Shown piece by piece: positions 56,701-64,000 of a stretch of DNA of 64,000 bases. The stretch covers positions 43,395-107,394 of the IMG/VR virus record IMGVR_UViG_3300015263_000944, one strand, 5' to 3'. The stretch's first letter is position 1. Each line of letters opens with the position of its first letter. The position numbers and the translations under genes are program-made. The notes beneath the pieces were generated by a model, which did not search any database, was not told the DNA's origin, and saw only the letters and a list, made by a program, of their open reading frames with translations. The stretch comes from a virus.

Positions 56701-57099
56701 GTTGAGGCCAATGTGGGAGCATTCAAAGTCAAAGCGGCCAGCCGACTTGATCTCGGCAATTACTCTCCTGTCAAATCCACAAAGAAGATCGAGGGAACTG
56801 CGACAACACCCCAAGTTCAAGATCCCGTGCTGAGTAATCTGGCACTGAAGGCAGAGTTCAGACGTGAATACAAAGACTTCAAGAAACCAGTCGTAACTCG
56901 GGCCGCTAAACAGCCAACCGGGAACATCGCCAAGAATACGCCCCAGATGGCTCGTCTGAAGAGAGCCAACGAAGCAATCCGTCAAAAGCGACATGCTCAT
57001 GTGCCAGAAGAAGTGAGAAGTCTGGGATATTCAAGAGGCGAATTGAGGAAAGCCCCAAGTAAACCAGACAAACCAAAGATCAAACAAACAGCCTTGTGA
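53713..57099 (+). CDS. Large LamG-domain protein with Gly/Val-rich tandem repeats (putative fibre/adhesin)
   Basis: N-terminal laminin-G/ConA-like region (WSIWVRLDS, NTWYHLVVVFNG, LKIYVDGV). About 370 aa of repeats of the form IDxIDATGGVVVGGxA. Basic C-terminus. Start at 53713 avoids the tRNA. Confidence 0.7.
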   Translation: MSRKPTWPFGPKIVSNQHNGLVGWWPLAPTGGSLVYDLERGNTGTITNGDPAILWVADGERGGNVLQLDGTGYVSAGDVNLVDDLGASGELTWSIWVRLDSVGASEAIIDKAESSPGEPGLTFWWDVSNGWRVDIDGSQSAYTSTTGYTANTWYHLVVVFNGNLTGDANRLKIYVDGVNQSLTFFGTIPATISSSSAPLLFGQFNGVVGQTLNGALDDIRLYSRALTSPEVVQLWNPQTRWELYDTTDVSPAILLGAQATATYNETATGGAVCGGTADVFVQRDETATGGVVVAGKALLVSIFSDADKSPGITWNTNIRFSVKDGQLLVAVFATDNDSSADGNTNLHETIVVGGQAMTKAREYTNSEGAVDAGATVSIWYLLPIGDIESGATVATSLNSGRTAKAITGFVIDIGRGLRISLDGTADAEGTGADPGAISATGIETGDHLWIRGTALEDANETIGWMTPTSFWEKFEDNGSTGNPASSNISVRGEWKFSTGTSSGTSDPTVESGADNATSLIGLYIDPLKTWNQFVSGGTLAGGSALVSYTANQDTTGGAVAGGSATTNFADVIDASGGVLVAGSATTTFIDQIDMTGGVVVGGGALILGGNDIIAAGGVVAGGSATQNFIDYIDATGGVVVGGNALLGETIDATGGVVVGGSATVAFIDQIDTTGGVVVAGTITDNIIANVVSTGGVVVAGVTTENIVINTDATGGVVVAGNATFGTSGDINGTGGAVAGGAADVAYTANVTATGGVVIAGMTIILGDIYAEGGVLVGGAADVTFADQIDATGGAVAGGTADVNVQRDEVAAGGVVVAGNSIESFSMNISPQGGVVVGGVHVQDATFSVIATGGVVCNGHAPLNFELDATGGVVVGGSAVGQTVFVDGAGGVSVGGSAIVEDDKIFLIVECPDGLYVCEPKGEDAYCLRYIDYISYGSPVFKDISKTLAKMPPIILCRQGIKNDLVVEEGVPVGGRSQTEELAEIGMGLTEFVMLSTVEANVGAFKVKAASRLDLGNYSPVKSTKKIEGTATTPQVQDPVLSNLALKAEFRREYKDFKKPVVTRAAKQPTGNIAKNTPQMARLKRANEAIRQKRHAHVPEEVRSLGYSRGELRKAPSKPDKPKIKQTAL
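55300..56420 (+). repeat. In-frame tandem repeats of roughly 57-63 bp inside the LamG protein gene
   Basis: Repeated gatgccacnggnggngtngtngtnggcgg units encoding (D/T)ATGGVVV(A/G)G. Confidence 0.5.
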
Positions 57100-57928
57100 C
57101 CTCTGCTCGGACTTCTTCGAGCAGTGCTTGCCATGTGGTACTGCGACGAAAGATTCGCATTGAGTTGTACCAGTTCGCACCACCAACCCATCTCCAGTCG
57201 GTCGCTCTATCTGGAAGCAACATCCAAACAGGCTTGCCCATCGCCCCGGCTAAATGTGCCACGGCGGTATCTACAGAAATCACCAAATCCATGTGGTTGA
57301 TGAGGTGGGCTGTGTTGTTCCAGTTCGACATCAAACCACGAGCATCTAACATAAAGCTTGGTGGAGGCTCGTGTTTTACAAGGGAAAACGGCTTCATGTC
57401 TCCCCAAAAATTAAAGAACTCAACCGGGATGGATCGTTCCTTGTCTCTCGGATTGAATGGGTTTCCGGCCCAACAGATACCAATCTTGGTGAACTTGGTT
57501 GTCCCCAAACCAGCCACAGGGTCTTCCCATTGTGGTTTAAGATAAGGCTCTCCCGTGACTTGCGTGATTCCGAGGATTTGTGGGACAGCCATCATGTGAA
57601 TGACGCAATCACCGGGCAAGGGAGATTCTTTGCTCACGACAGGGATGGGGAATAGTGGTTCGAAGTCGATGTCGCAGCGAAGAATCACTTCTTTAGCTTT
57701 GATCTGCGGGAGCCATCGATAGAAGCAGATGGTATCACCCATGCCGCAATCAGCATTGACGAGGACGGTCGTATCTTCTCGACCATCCCAAATGGGTAAT
57801 CCAAAAGTTGGAGTGGACTCAAAGTGATCGTGAGTGTCAAAGCGGCCAGTACGGATATGCTCGTGTCGAGGCCAAGCAGAATAATCTCCCTGCCTCAATC
57901 GCTTCAGTGCTTCTGTCCACTCTTTCAC
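57080..57928 (-). CDS. Family 9 glycosyltransferase (heptosyltransferase-like, GT-B)
   Basis: ADCGMGDTICFYRWLPQ and VISVDTAVAHLAGAMGKPVWMLL motifs. GTG start right after the NADAR stop. Confidence 0.7.
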   Translation of the reverse strand: MKEWTEALKRLRQGDYSAWPRHEHIRTGRFDTHDHFESTPTFGLPIWDGREDTTVLVNADCGMGDTICFYRWLPQIKAKEVILRCDIDFEPLFPIPVVSKESPLPGDCVIHMMAVPQILGITQVTGEPYLKPQWEDPVAGLGTTKFTKIGICWAGNPFNPRDKERSIPVEFFNFWGDMKPFSLVKHEPPPSFMLDARGLMSNWNNTAHLINHMDLVISVDTAVAHLAGAMGKPVWMLLPDRATDWRWVGGANWYNSMRIFRRSTTWQALLEEVRAEVTRLFV

Positions 57929-57929
57929 A

Positions 57930-58496
57930 CTACTGACTCCAACCGAAGTCTTCTGTGGTTTCGACCCCAGCACGAATGTCTTCTCGAACCTTCGTGCAAA
58001 CTTCTCCAAGCCAGTTGGTCCCATCCCACAAAGCTCGATTGTGGACTCCGGGGTGATGTTCCTTCAGACCGATTCCCCAGATTCGGTCCCACGGGCTGGC
58101 TTCGACCAATGTGCCTTCCAATGAAAGCAGGGCGTCCTTGAGGCCGGGGTTCTGAGTGAACTTCGCATAGTTCCCCCGGTAAACGATGTCCCGTGCAACG
58201 GCATTCCATGTGTCTGCATCAAAATTGCGAACCATGCGACCCAAAGCTTTTTGGTCTCTGGGGTTGTCCGCCTTCATGATCTGCTGAGCAGCATCTTCGT
58301 CTCCGAAGAGACGTGCCTTTTCGGCCATCATGTATTGTTCAGTGCAATTGTAGGTCACGCCGTCTACTTCAAAACGGCATGGCAACCACTGAGAACAAAT
58401 ACCAGCGATGTTGTCGCCTGTAACAGCAACAATCACATCGTCTTGATTGTGAACCAACTCAACATGTCCACCAAAAAATGGCGTAAACTTTTCCAT
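57930..58496 (-). CDS. NADAR (YbiA-like) domain protein
   Basis: MEKFTPFFGGH, SQW, EQYMMAEKARLF, GNYAKFTQN and EASPWDRIWGIG blocks. AGGAGG RBS 4 nt before the ATG at 58496. Confidence 0.7.
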   Translation of the reverse strand: MEKFTPFFGGHVELVHNQDDVIVAVTGDNIAGICSQWLPCRFEVDGVTYNCTEQYMMAEKARLFGDEDAAQQIMKADNPRDQKALGRMVRNFDADTWNAVARDIVYRGNYAKFTQNPGLKDALLSLEGTLVEASPWDRIWGIGLKEHHPGVHNRALWDGTNWLGEVCTKVREDIRAGVETTEDFGWSQ

Positions 58497-58630
58497 CGTT
58501 CCTCCTAAAGTATGTGGCCCAGCGGGGAGTGGGACGGAACTCAACCCGCTGGGTGCGCCTGCCACTTCGACCGGCGTTGAAGTGGTGGATGGTTTGCCGG
58601 AAACCAAACCCGGCGCAGTCTCCATGTATT

Positions 58631-59290
58631 TCACTTGCTCTCGGTATGCCGAGTCACACCATCATGATAGTCTCGCCGGTAGAACTTTGAATCATATTCA
58701 AGTTCGTGGTAGAGGTTGCGGCCATGCCAGACCACCCGGCCTCGTTTGATCCAAGTGATCGAGCAATTATCAATCGAGTGATCCCAAATGGGCACAGAAT
58801 CGACGTTGCCTCTGGCAACATGCAAGAGCACGAAAGCAGGCAATCCATGTGTCACCACAACGCTCCTCTCGGGCAACTTGTGGAAACAGTCATGGATGCG
58901 ATGCAAGAAGACTTCGTTGAACTCGTCGTAATAGGTGGTCCCTTCATCAGCATATAGCGACCAATCCAACTCGGTGAACTCGTTCTTGCGGCTGCGAACG
59001 AAGCACTCACGGCCAGTGTGATTCAAATACTCACGCAATTCGTGCATCACTTGGAATTGACCGAATGGCCGGGTCCAATTCTGAATGATGCTGGCAGTTT
59101 GCAGACAACGCAAGAAAGGGCTCGTGAAGAACTTGAAGCCGGTCAGATCGATTTCTTCGTACAGATAGCGACCGACATTTCTGGCTTGGGCTTTGCCGTG
59201 TTCTGTGATGGCATCATCCATGTCCTCAGATTCACGGATGTTATGCTTGCTGCGTGCATGACGGATGATTACGAGTTCTTCCTTAAACAT
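58631..59290 (-). CDS. Histidine phosphatase superfamily (phosphoglycerate mutase-like) protein
   Basis: LVIIRHARSKHN (RHG-type motif) and VVVTHGLP second His. Confidence 0.7.
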   Translation of the reverse strand: MFKEELVIIRHARSKHNIRESEDMDDAITEHGKAQARNVGRYLYEEIDLTGFKFFTSPFLRCLQTASIIQNWTRPFGQFQVMHELREYLNHTGRECFVRSRKNEFTELDWSLYADEGTTYYDEFNEVFLHRIHDCFHKLPERSVVVTHGLPAFVLLHVARGNVDSVPIWDHSIDNCSITWIKRGRVVWHGRNLYHELEYDSKFYRRDYHDGVTRHTESK

Positions 59291-60137
59291 CTGACGCCTC
59301 CCTGAGCAGTAAATACAAATTTGTGTGAGCCGGGTGCAATTCTATCGCTTTTTCACAAATGCGCCTAGCTTCATCTCCATTGCCAAGATCGATGTACTTT
59401 TTGACTAACCCCTCCAGCACCACAACCGGCGTCAACAACTCGCCATCACGAGTATCAATGGTCCTGACAGTCCACACATCTTTGGTTTCCCAGTATCCAA
59501 GCTGGGTGATATGCACACCTTTGTACTGGCCGACAAACCCCGAGAACATCAGCAGTGGTAGCTGCTGATAAAACCGAGCATCCAAACACTTCGTGCGATT
59601 CTCATCAAATTTGGCTCGGACTGTGGGACGCCACGCTACTTGAGAGGCGTCCAACTTCATGTGAGGATCAATGAGCCCCTTGTGATTCAAAGCACATCCA
59701 ATGAGCGGAGCGTGTTCCGACTTCTCGAAAACAGGGTTGTATAAGATCACATGTGAATAGCACGCCTCCTCATCTTCGTGTGTCTCAAAATACTCACTTA
59801 GATTCCGTAGGTATTCGGGGTGCAATTCGTCGTCATCACAAAGCATGATCACGATGTCAGCATCCGATTCACGAATCGCTTGGTTCATGGTCTTGCCGAC
59901 CATGCCACCCGTTCTCATCTTTTCCTCAAGAGTCATCCCCGTGTGATAGAACCTCACTTTGTCGAGGTGGTCACACAAGATTTCCTCGCACACCGGTCGT
60001 CCCGGTGTGGGGCTTGAGTCGTCGATGAAGGCTAATTCCCAGTCTTGATGATGCTCGTTTGCACGCAGAATGCTGGTGAGAGCATTCCGCACCATCGATG
60101 GTCGTTCCCAGTAGAGAAGAAGGATCAGTGTTCGCAT
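59283..60137 (-). CDS. Family 2 glycosyltransferase
   Basis: LAFIDDSSP and MLCDDDE motifs. Confidence 0.7.
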   Translation of the reverse strand: MRTLILLLYWERPSMVRNALTSILRANEHHQDWELAFIDDSSPTPGRPVCEEILCDHLDKVRFYHTGMTLEEKMRTGGMVGKTMNQAIRESDADIVIMLCDDDELHPEYLRNLSEYFETHEDEEACYSHVILYNPVFEKSEHAPLIGCALNHKGLIDPHMKLDASQVAWRPTVRAKFDENRTKCLDARFYQQLPLLMFSGFVGQYKGVHITQLGYWETKDVWTVRTIDTRDGELLTPVVVLEGLVKKYIDLGNGDEARRICEKAIELHPAHTNLYLLLREASDV

Positions 60138-60151
60138 CCCCTAAGAGAGCG

Positions 60152-60391
60152 TTACTGACTCTGAAGTTCTCTGATGTGATCAACCAACTGGCCCAACGTG
60201 CCTTTGGCAAGACGTTCAGCATCATCGTCATCAATGGTCACGTCAAACTCGTCTTCGCAGGACTGAATCAGTTCTACGAGATCGAGTGAGTCCAGATTGA
60301 GAGTGCTGATTTCTGTGCTCATGGTGGCATCATCGGGCAGTGGTGCAACCGACTCAAACACCTTACGGACTTGTTCTTCGAGTGTAGCCAT
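60152..60391 (-). CDS. Acyl carrier protein
   Basis: LNLDSLDLVELIQSCEDEFDV carries the DSL phosphopantetheine-attachment motif; 79 aa. Confidence 0.75.
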   Translation of the reverse strand: MATLEEQVRKVFESVAPLPDDATMSTEISTLNLDSLDLVELIQSCEDEFDVTIDDDDAERLAKGTLGQLVDHIRELQSQ

Positions 60392-60402
60392 CGTAGCTCT
60401 CC

Positions 60403-60603
60403 TTAGTTGATGGGGCGAATTTTGCGTAGTACCACGGCGTATTCCACCTCACCCGGCAAGGGGACCGAAACCCCCATTACAATTTTTGTGTTGGTGAAGC
60501 TGAGTGTGGGCAGAACTTGGAAAACCTCATAACCTTGAACACCGTTGAGTGTTTCTTCGAGATTTTCGCCTGTGGCCTTGATTACCTTCCAGTCATAAGT
60601 CAT
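60403..60603 (-). CDS. Hypothetical small protein
   Basis: 66-aa ORF. Confidence 0.35.
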   Translation of the reverse strand: MTYDWKVIKATGENLEETLNGVQGYEVFQVLPTLSFTNTKIVMGVSVPLPGEVEYAVVLRKIRPIN

Positions 60604-60675
60604 CCCTGACCCTCCATTGACCAGACTTTGTAACCAAAATTTGCGGTTTTGGCAAGATCAGTTATAATTTAAGGC

Positions 60676-61464
60676 ATGTATCATGCTTACAAGAACGGCT
60701 ATAGCGTACTTCCCCAGTTGGGGAAACTTGGACAGGGGAAGCCCTTTCAGGTCACACTCTACGACGTAGATCGTTTTCTGAGCGAAAAGCGAGAGGCCAT
60801 TCAGCATCAAACGTGCTTTGTAGAGGACGGCATGACCGACGAGCTTTACAAGGTCGTCTGCGACTACATCATCGACACATACCCCATCCCGCTCTTCGCC
60901 CATCAAGTTCGGCCCCGTGACATATTCGGGGAACTGGCGATGCAGATCCAAGAAGATTTGGTCATCCATCGGCTCAGCGATGACAGGGATTGGATGGCTG
61001 CCGGGTATGTTTGCTTCCCCAGCGGTTGGAACCCAGTGGATAAGATCGGGCGACCCCTCTCGGAGATCCACGCACCGATCCCCGGCATGGACCTGAGCAA
61101 GAGCCGGAAGCTTGTCGAAACCATGGTGCATCATGGACCCTTTGAACGGTATGTCTGGGGTCCGGTCTTCGAGGACAGAATCAACTTCCACCCACGTTTC
61201 GAGAAGCGAAAATTCGATCCGCAGAATCCTGTTGTGTACGTCAAGGTGGAGAGACAGATTACGGTAGGTTTTCCTGAGCATGGTGCCGCCCTTTTCATTC
61301 TGAGACAACATTTGATCAAGAACGAGATAGACTATCCCGCTCTATCGACGAGTCTCAAAACTATGACGGAAGCTCAGCGAGAGTACAAGGGTATCAACGA
61401 CGTTTTCGACGACCTGATTGCTTTCTTAGACGAGCAGCCTCCGCTTCCTCAAACTCAGGATTGA
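60676..61464 (+). CDS. Hypothetical protein
   Basis: 262-aa ORF with no confident motif. Confidence 0.45.
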   Translation: MYHAYKNGYSVLPQLGKLGQGKPFQVTLYDVDRFLSEKREAIQHQTCFVEDGMTDELYKVVCDYIIDTYPIPLFAHQVRPRDIFGELAMQIQEDLVIHRLSDDRDWMAAGYVCFPSGWNPVDKIGRPLSEIHAPIPGMDLSKSRKLVETMVHHGPFERYVWGPVFEDRINFHPRFEKRKFDPQNPVVYVKVERQITVGFPEHGAALFILRQHLIKNEIDYPALSTSLKTMTEAQREYKGINDVFDDLIAFLDEQPPLPQTQD

Positions 61465-61819
61465 ACTCATATTCGGCCTTTGGTCGTTTGAGCTTGAGCT
61501 TGTTCAGCGTGCGGACACCAGCTTCTTTGATTTTCCGCTGGACACCTCTCACGCACCGCTTCGCCTGTTCAAGAGTTGGAACAGTTCCCAGATTAACCAA
61601 TTCCTCGGGCGACTTGAGATGCTTGTGATCATAGAACGGCCCTTCAATGCTTTCGATGTTGCCATTGGCATCGTAATGTTGAACTTCGTCTTGGGGTGTG
61701 TGGAAACAAGCGAAACACATCTTTGAGTATGTCTTGCCATCTATGAACGGTGTATTGCGACAGCCGATTGCAATGAAGTCCATGTATTGGCCGCAGATGG
61801 GACAATCATATTTGCTCAT
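61394..61819 (-). CDS. Zinc-finger protein with basic C-terminus
   Basis: CPICG ... CFAC Cys pairs. C-terminal RKQSGRRKRR. Confidence 0.45.
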   Translation of the reverse strand: MSKYDCPICGQYMDFIAIGCRNTPFIDGKTYSKMCFACFHTPQDEVQHYDANGNIESIEGPFYDHKHLKSPEELVNLGTVPTLEQAKRCVRGVQRKIKEAGVRTLNKLKLKRPKAEYEFNPEFEEAEAARLRKQSGRRKRR

Positions 61820-62072
61820 CGTTTCCACTCCTGATTCGATGCTCGAAACGTCTCCACAGGAAATAGGCTCGGACGTTGAGAAAGCAAAAGAAGATGTTCA
61901 TCAGGATCGTGGCAGTGCTGCCAGACAGGAGCCCGAATGAAAACCCACAAAAGTTTGCCATTACAGCAAAGAGGAAAGCCGACCGTTTTTGATGTCCGAG
62001 CAACCAAAGGTGGATCGTGACAAAAAAGAACAACGCCCAATCAGTGCCGTAGAACTTAAAGAACGCATCCAT
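61806..62072 (-). CDS. Small membrane protein
   Basis: Two or three hydrophobic helices; 88 aa. Confidence 0.35.
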   Translation of the reverse strand: MDAFFKFYGTDWALFFFVTIHLWLLGHQKRSAFLFAVMANFCGFSFGLLSGSTATILMNIFFCFLNVRAYFLWRRFEHRIRSGNDEQI

Positions 62073-62079
62073 CGAGTTC

Positions 62080-62589
62080 TCACAACATCGCAGCCCGTTT
62101 GTCCTTGTCAGACAGGAAATACTGTTCGGACGGAGGCCAGCGAATCCCTAACTTCGGATCACGCCAATTGATTTCCTTCTCAACTGAAGGCTCATATGTA
62201 CCATCTTGCAGATAAAGAAGCAAGGTGTCGTTTTCCGACGCAAAGAAACCATGAGCACATCCCGCAGGAACATACACCTGATTTCTATCACTTCCATCGA
62301 GCCAGACGCCTGCCCACTTAAGGTAGGTGGGGGAGTTGGGCCTTACGTCGGCGACGACATCAAAGAGTCGTCCCTTAAGACACATCGCAAGTTTCGCAAA
62401 GGGAGCGAGGTGCATTCCACGAACAACGCCTTTGCGTGAATTGGATAGATTAAGTTGGCGTTTCTGGCCCACCAGATGCGGGAAGCTTCTGGCTGTCGAA
62501 TAGAGTTCCTCGAAATAGCCTCGCTCATCTTCGTGGCGGTCAACGGTGACGAGGAACGCACCGTCAACATCAAGTGGTCGCTTTTCCAT
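62080..62589 (-). CDS. rmlC: dTDP-4-dehydrorhamnose 3,5-epimerase-like (RmlC cupin) sugar epimerase
   Basis: DERGYFEE, KGVVRGMH, FDVVADVR and VPAGCAHGF blocks typical of RmlC. Confidence 0.75.
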   Translation of the reverse strand: MEKRPLDVDGAFLVTVDRHEDERGYFEELYSTARSFPHLVGQKRQLNLSNSRKGVVRGMHLAPFAKLAMCLKGRLFDVVADVRPNSPTYLKWAGVWLDGSDRNQVYVPAGCAHGFFASENDTLLLYLQDGTYEPSVEKEINWRDPKLGIRWPPSEQYFLSDKDKRAAML

Positions 62590-62601
62590 ATCCTAAAAGA
62601 G

Positions 62602-64000
62602 TTAGAACAATCTCATAAAGTCGATGCCGCCCAGAGCGTTTTCATCATCGTTGCTCTTTGAACCCGGCTCATCATCAGCCGACACCATCAAGATGTTGCG
62701 GCCACGAGTGGCAGCCACATACCAAGCGTTTCGCTCTTGTTGAGCCTGCTCTTCATTCTTAATCTTGTCGCTTTCGGGATCATATTCCTTTGGCTTCATC
62801 AAGAAGGTGCGATCCCATTCCAAACCCTTCGCTTTGTGGGCTGTGGTCAAGGTGACGTAGGAGTTTGGATCTTTCTCTTTGAGCTTCTTGGCGTCATTCA
62901 TGCTGTTCTCTGGATCGAGACCACCCAACTTACGCATCAAGAAGTCGATCAAATCTTGAGGAGACTTCATTGGCTGGCTCTTCTCGTCTTCCCGGAATCC
63001 ATTTTCTTCCAAATGTCCAAGCACAGCCATCAACACGCCCATGTAAGAACGAATGTCCTTTAGTTCATCCTTTTTGCTCACCAAATTGTTCCATTTACGT
63101 TCCAACTCTTCTTGGTATTCGCTGAGTGTCAGGGCAAAGTCTTGAATTGGGTACTTGCGATAGTCCTCTGGCTTCTGCCATGTGACCTTCTTGATCAAAT
63201 CAGTTAAGTCCTTCGAGAGATCGACACCGATGATTTCGAAATCGATACCGCTCTTCAAGAACGACAATGCAGCGTGGGCCAGAGGAGCATTGCTGCGACA
63301 GATCATAGCTGTTGGATGAGAAGATCCGCCATTGGTTGCGAACTCTTCTCCCACCATCGACATGAAGTCCTGATATCCAACAGGTGGATGCGTGCCGCCT
63401 TCAGCCCAAACTTCACCTTGTCCTTGCAGATGCGGTGCAGCTTGGAGATTGGTGACGTGTGTGTTCTTTGTCACCCAGTCGATGATGTTTCCACCAGAGC
63501 GGAAGTTGATCGGAAGGCTTTCTGATTCGCCGCCACCGATAATCTCTTTGAGCTTCTCGAAAGCTGCGGAGTCGGCACCACGGAACAGATACATGGCCTG
63601 ATTCGGGTCGCCCACGCCAACAACTCGTGCGCCTGCCTCTCGAAGCTTGTTTGCCATGACAAGCTGGCACATATTGAAGTCTTGCACTTCGTCCATCAAC
63701 ACCACATCGTAACCGAGGTTCCAGTTGATCTGGTCGGCATAGATGGCCGCATACCACAACGTGTCGTCTTGGTCACGGTAATTCGCAAACCGCTGATCGA
63801 GATCATCTGTACCTCCCGGCAGTGTCAGATGAAGCAGTTCGATGGTTTTGGCAATGATGTCGGGCGTGTAATCTCGATCTTGAATCTTGTTTTCCGTAGA
63901 GAGGTCCATGTCCATACCAGAACTCTCGACGATCTTCATCAACTCTTGCTCAATCGTCGGGCTGTCTGGCATGATTGCATAGGCTTTCGCCAAGCTCGCC
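62602..64000 (-). CDS. UvrD/PcrA-like SF1 helicase (5' part beyond window)
   Basis: Helicase motif II VVLMDEVQDFN, III GDPNQAMYLFRGAD, V TAHKAKGLEWD and VI YVAATRGRNIL. Motif I/Walker A is not present, so the gene probably continues past 64000. Confidence 0.7.
   Translation of the reverse strand, partial: ASLAKAYAIMPDSPTIEQELMKIVESSGMDMDLSTENKIQDRDYTPDIIAKTIELLHLTLPGGTDDLDQRFANYRDQDDTLWYAAIYADQINWNLGYDVVLMDEVQDFNMCQLVMANKLREAGARVVGVGDPNQAMYLFRGADSAAFEKLKEIIGGGESESLPINFRSGGNIIDWVTKNTHVTNLQAAPHLQGQGEVWAEGGTHPPVGYQDFMSMVGEEFATNGGSSHPTAMICRSNAPLAHAALSFLKSGIDFEIIGVDLSKDLTDLIKKVTWQKPEDYRKYPIQDFALTLSEYQEELERKWNNLVSKKDELKDIRSYMGVLMAVLGHLEENGFREDEKSQPMKSPQDLIDFLMRKLGGLDPENSMNDAKKLKEKDPNSYVTLTTAHKAKGLEWDRTFLMKPKEYDPESDKIKNEEQAQQERNAWYVAATRGRNILMVSADDEPGSKSNDDENALGGIDFMRLF

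Noticed and set aside
58497-58634. N-terminal 46-aa extension of the NADAR ORF (GTG at 58634)
   Set aside because: A strong AGGAGG RBS precedes the internal ATG at 58496, where the NADAR domain begins. The upstream segment is Pro/Ser-rich and contains a CCCAGCGGG/CCCGCTGGG hairpin, so it is more likely 5' UTR structure.
1-64000. Integrase, transposase or other mobile-element boundaries
   Set aside because: No recombinase-like sequence or terminal inverted repeats were recognised. The HNH endonucleases are free-standing.

Overview
This window reads as about 64 kb of a large tailed-phage or phage-like genome. Coding is dense and about 85% on the minus strand, with many ATGA/TGATG stop-start overlaps and strong Shine-Dalgarno sites. 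Several sigma70-like promoters and rho-independent terminators are readable. I recognise these groups of genes: (1) Host-like auxiliary genes: ClpX, PRPP synthetase, FolD, a CsrA homolog, a gamma-glutamylcyclotransferase-like protein, a YciA-like thioesterase and a TrpF-like TIM barrel. (2) Membrane and peptidase genes: a complete 6TM voltage-gated K+ channel with a TVGYGD filter, an M50 site-2 protease, a secreted trypsin-like protease and an HExxH peptidase. (3) Nucleic-acid enzymes: two HNH endonucleases, a ParB-like nuclease, a minimal ATP-dependent ligase, an NYN RNase, a 2H phosphoesterase, an Smr protein and a partial UvrD-like helicase. (4) A roughly 22-kb glycan-tailoring island (18.2-40.9 kb) with about a dozen glycosyltransferases in paralogous families, five SAM methyltransferases (three paralogs), three sulfotransferases and 2OG/cupin oxygenases. 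(5) Inside that island, a small Cys-containing peptide gene directly upstream of a radical-SAM/SPASM enzyme with an N-terminal extension, which I read as a candidate RiPP cassette. (6) A domain-1-less RF2/PrfH-like release factor whose reading frame can only be assembled through two tandem prfB-type +1 frameshift sites (CUU UAA C, then CUU UGA C, each preceded by an SD-like GGAGG). (7) A family of five small proteins ending in NWK(K/E/R)EGF, whose last codons double as the SD and stop/start junction for the next gene. (8) A tRNA-Arg(CCU) inside an 840-bp noncoding region with a strong terminator and direct repeats. (9) A 1128-aa LamG-domain protein with Gly/Val-rich tandem repeats, read as a fibre/adhesin. 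(10) A second sugar cluster with GT9, GT2, ACP, an RmlC-like epimerase, a NADAR protein and a histidine phosphatase. No CRISPR array, integrase or transposase was recognised. All calls rest on motif-level reading of the six-frame translations, so coordinates of starts are approximate where noted.
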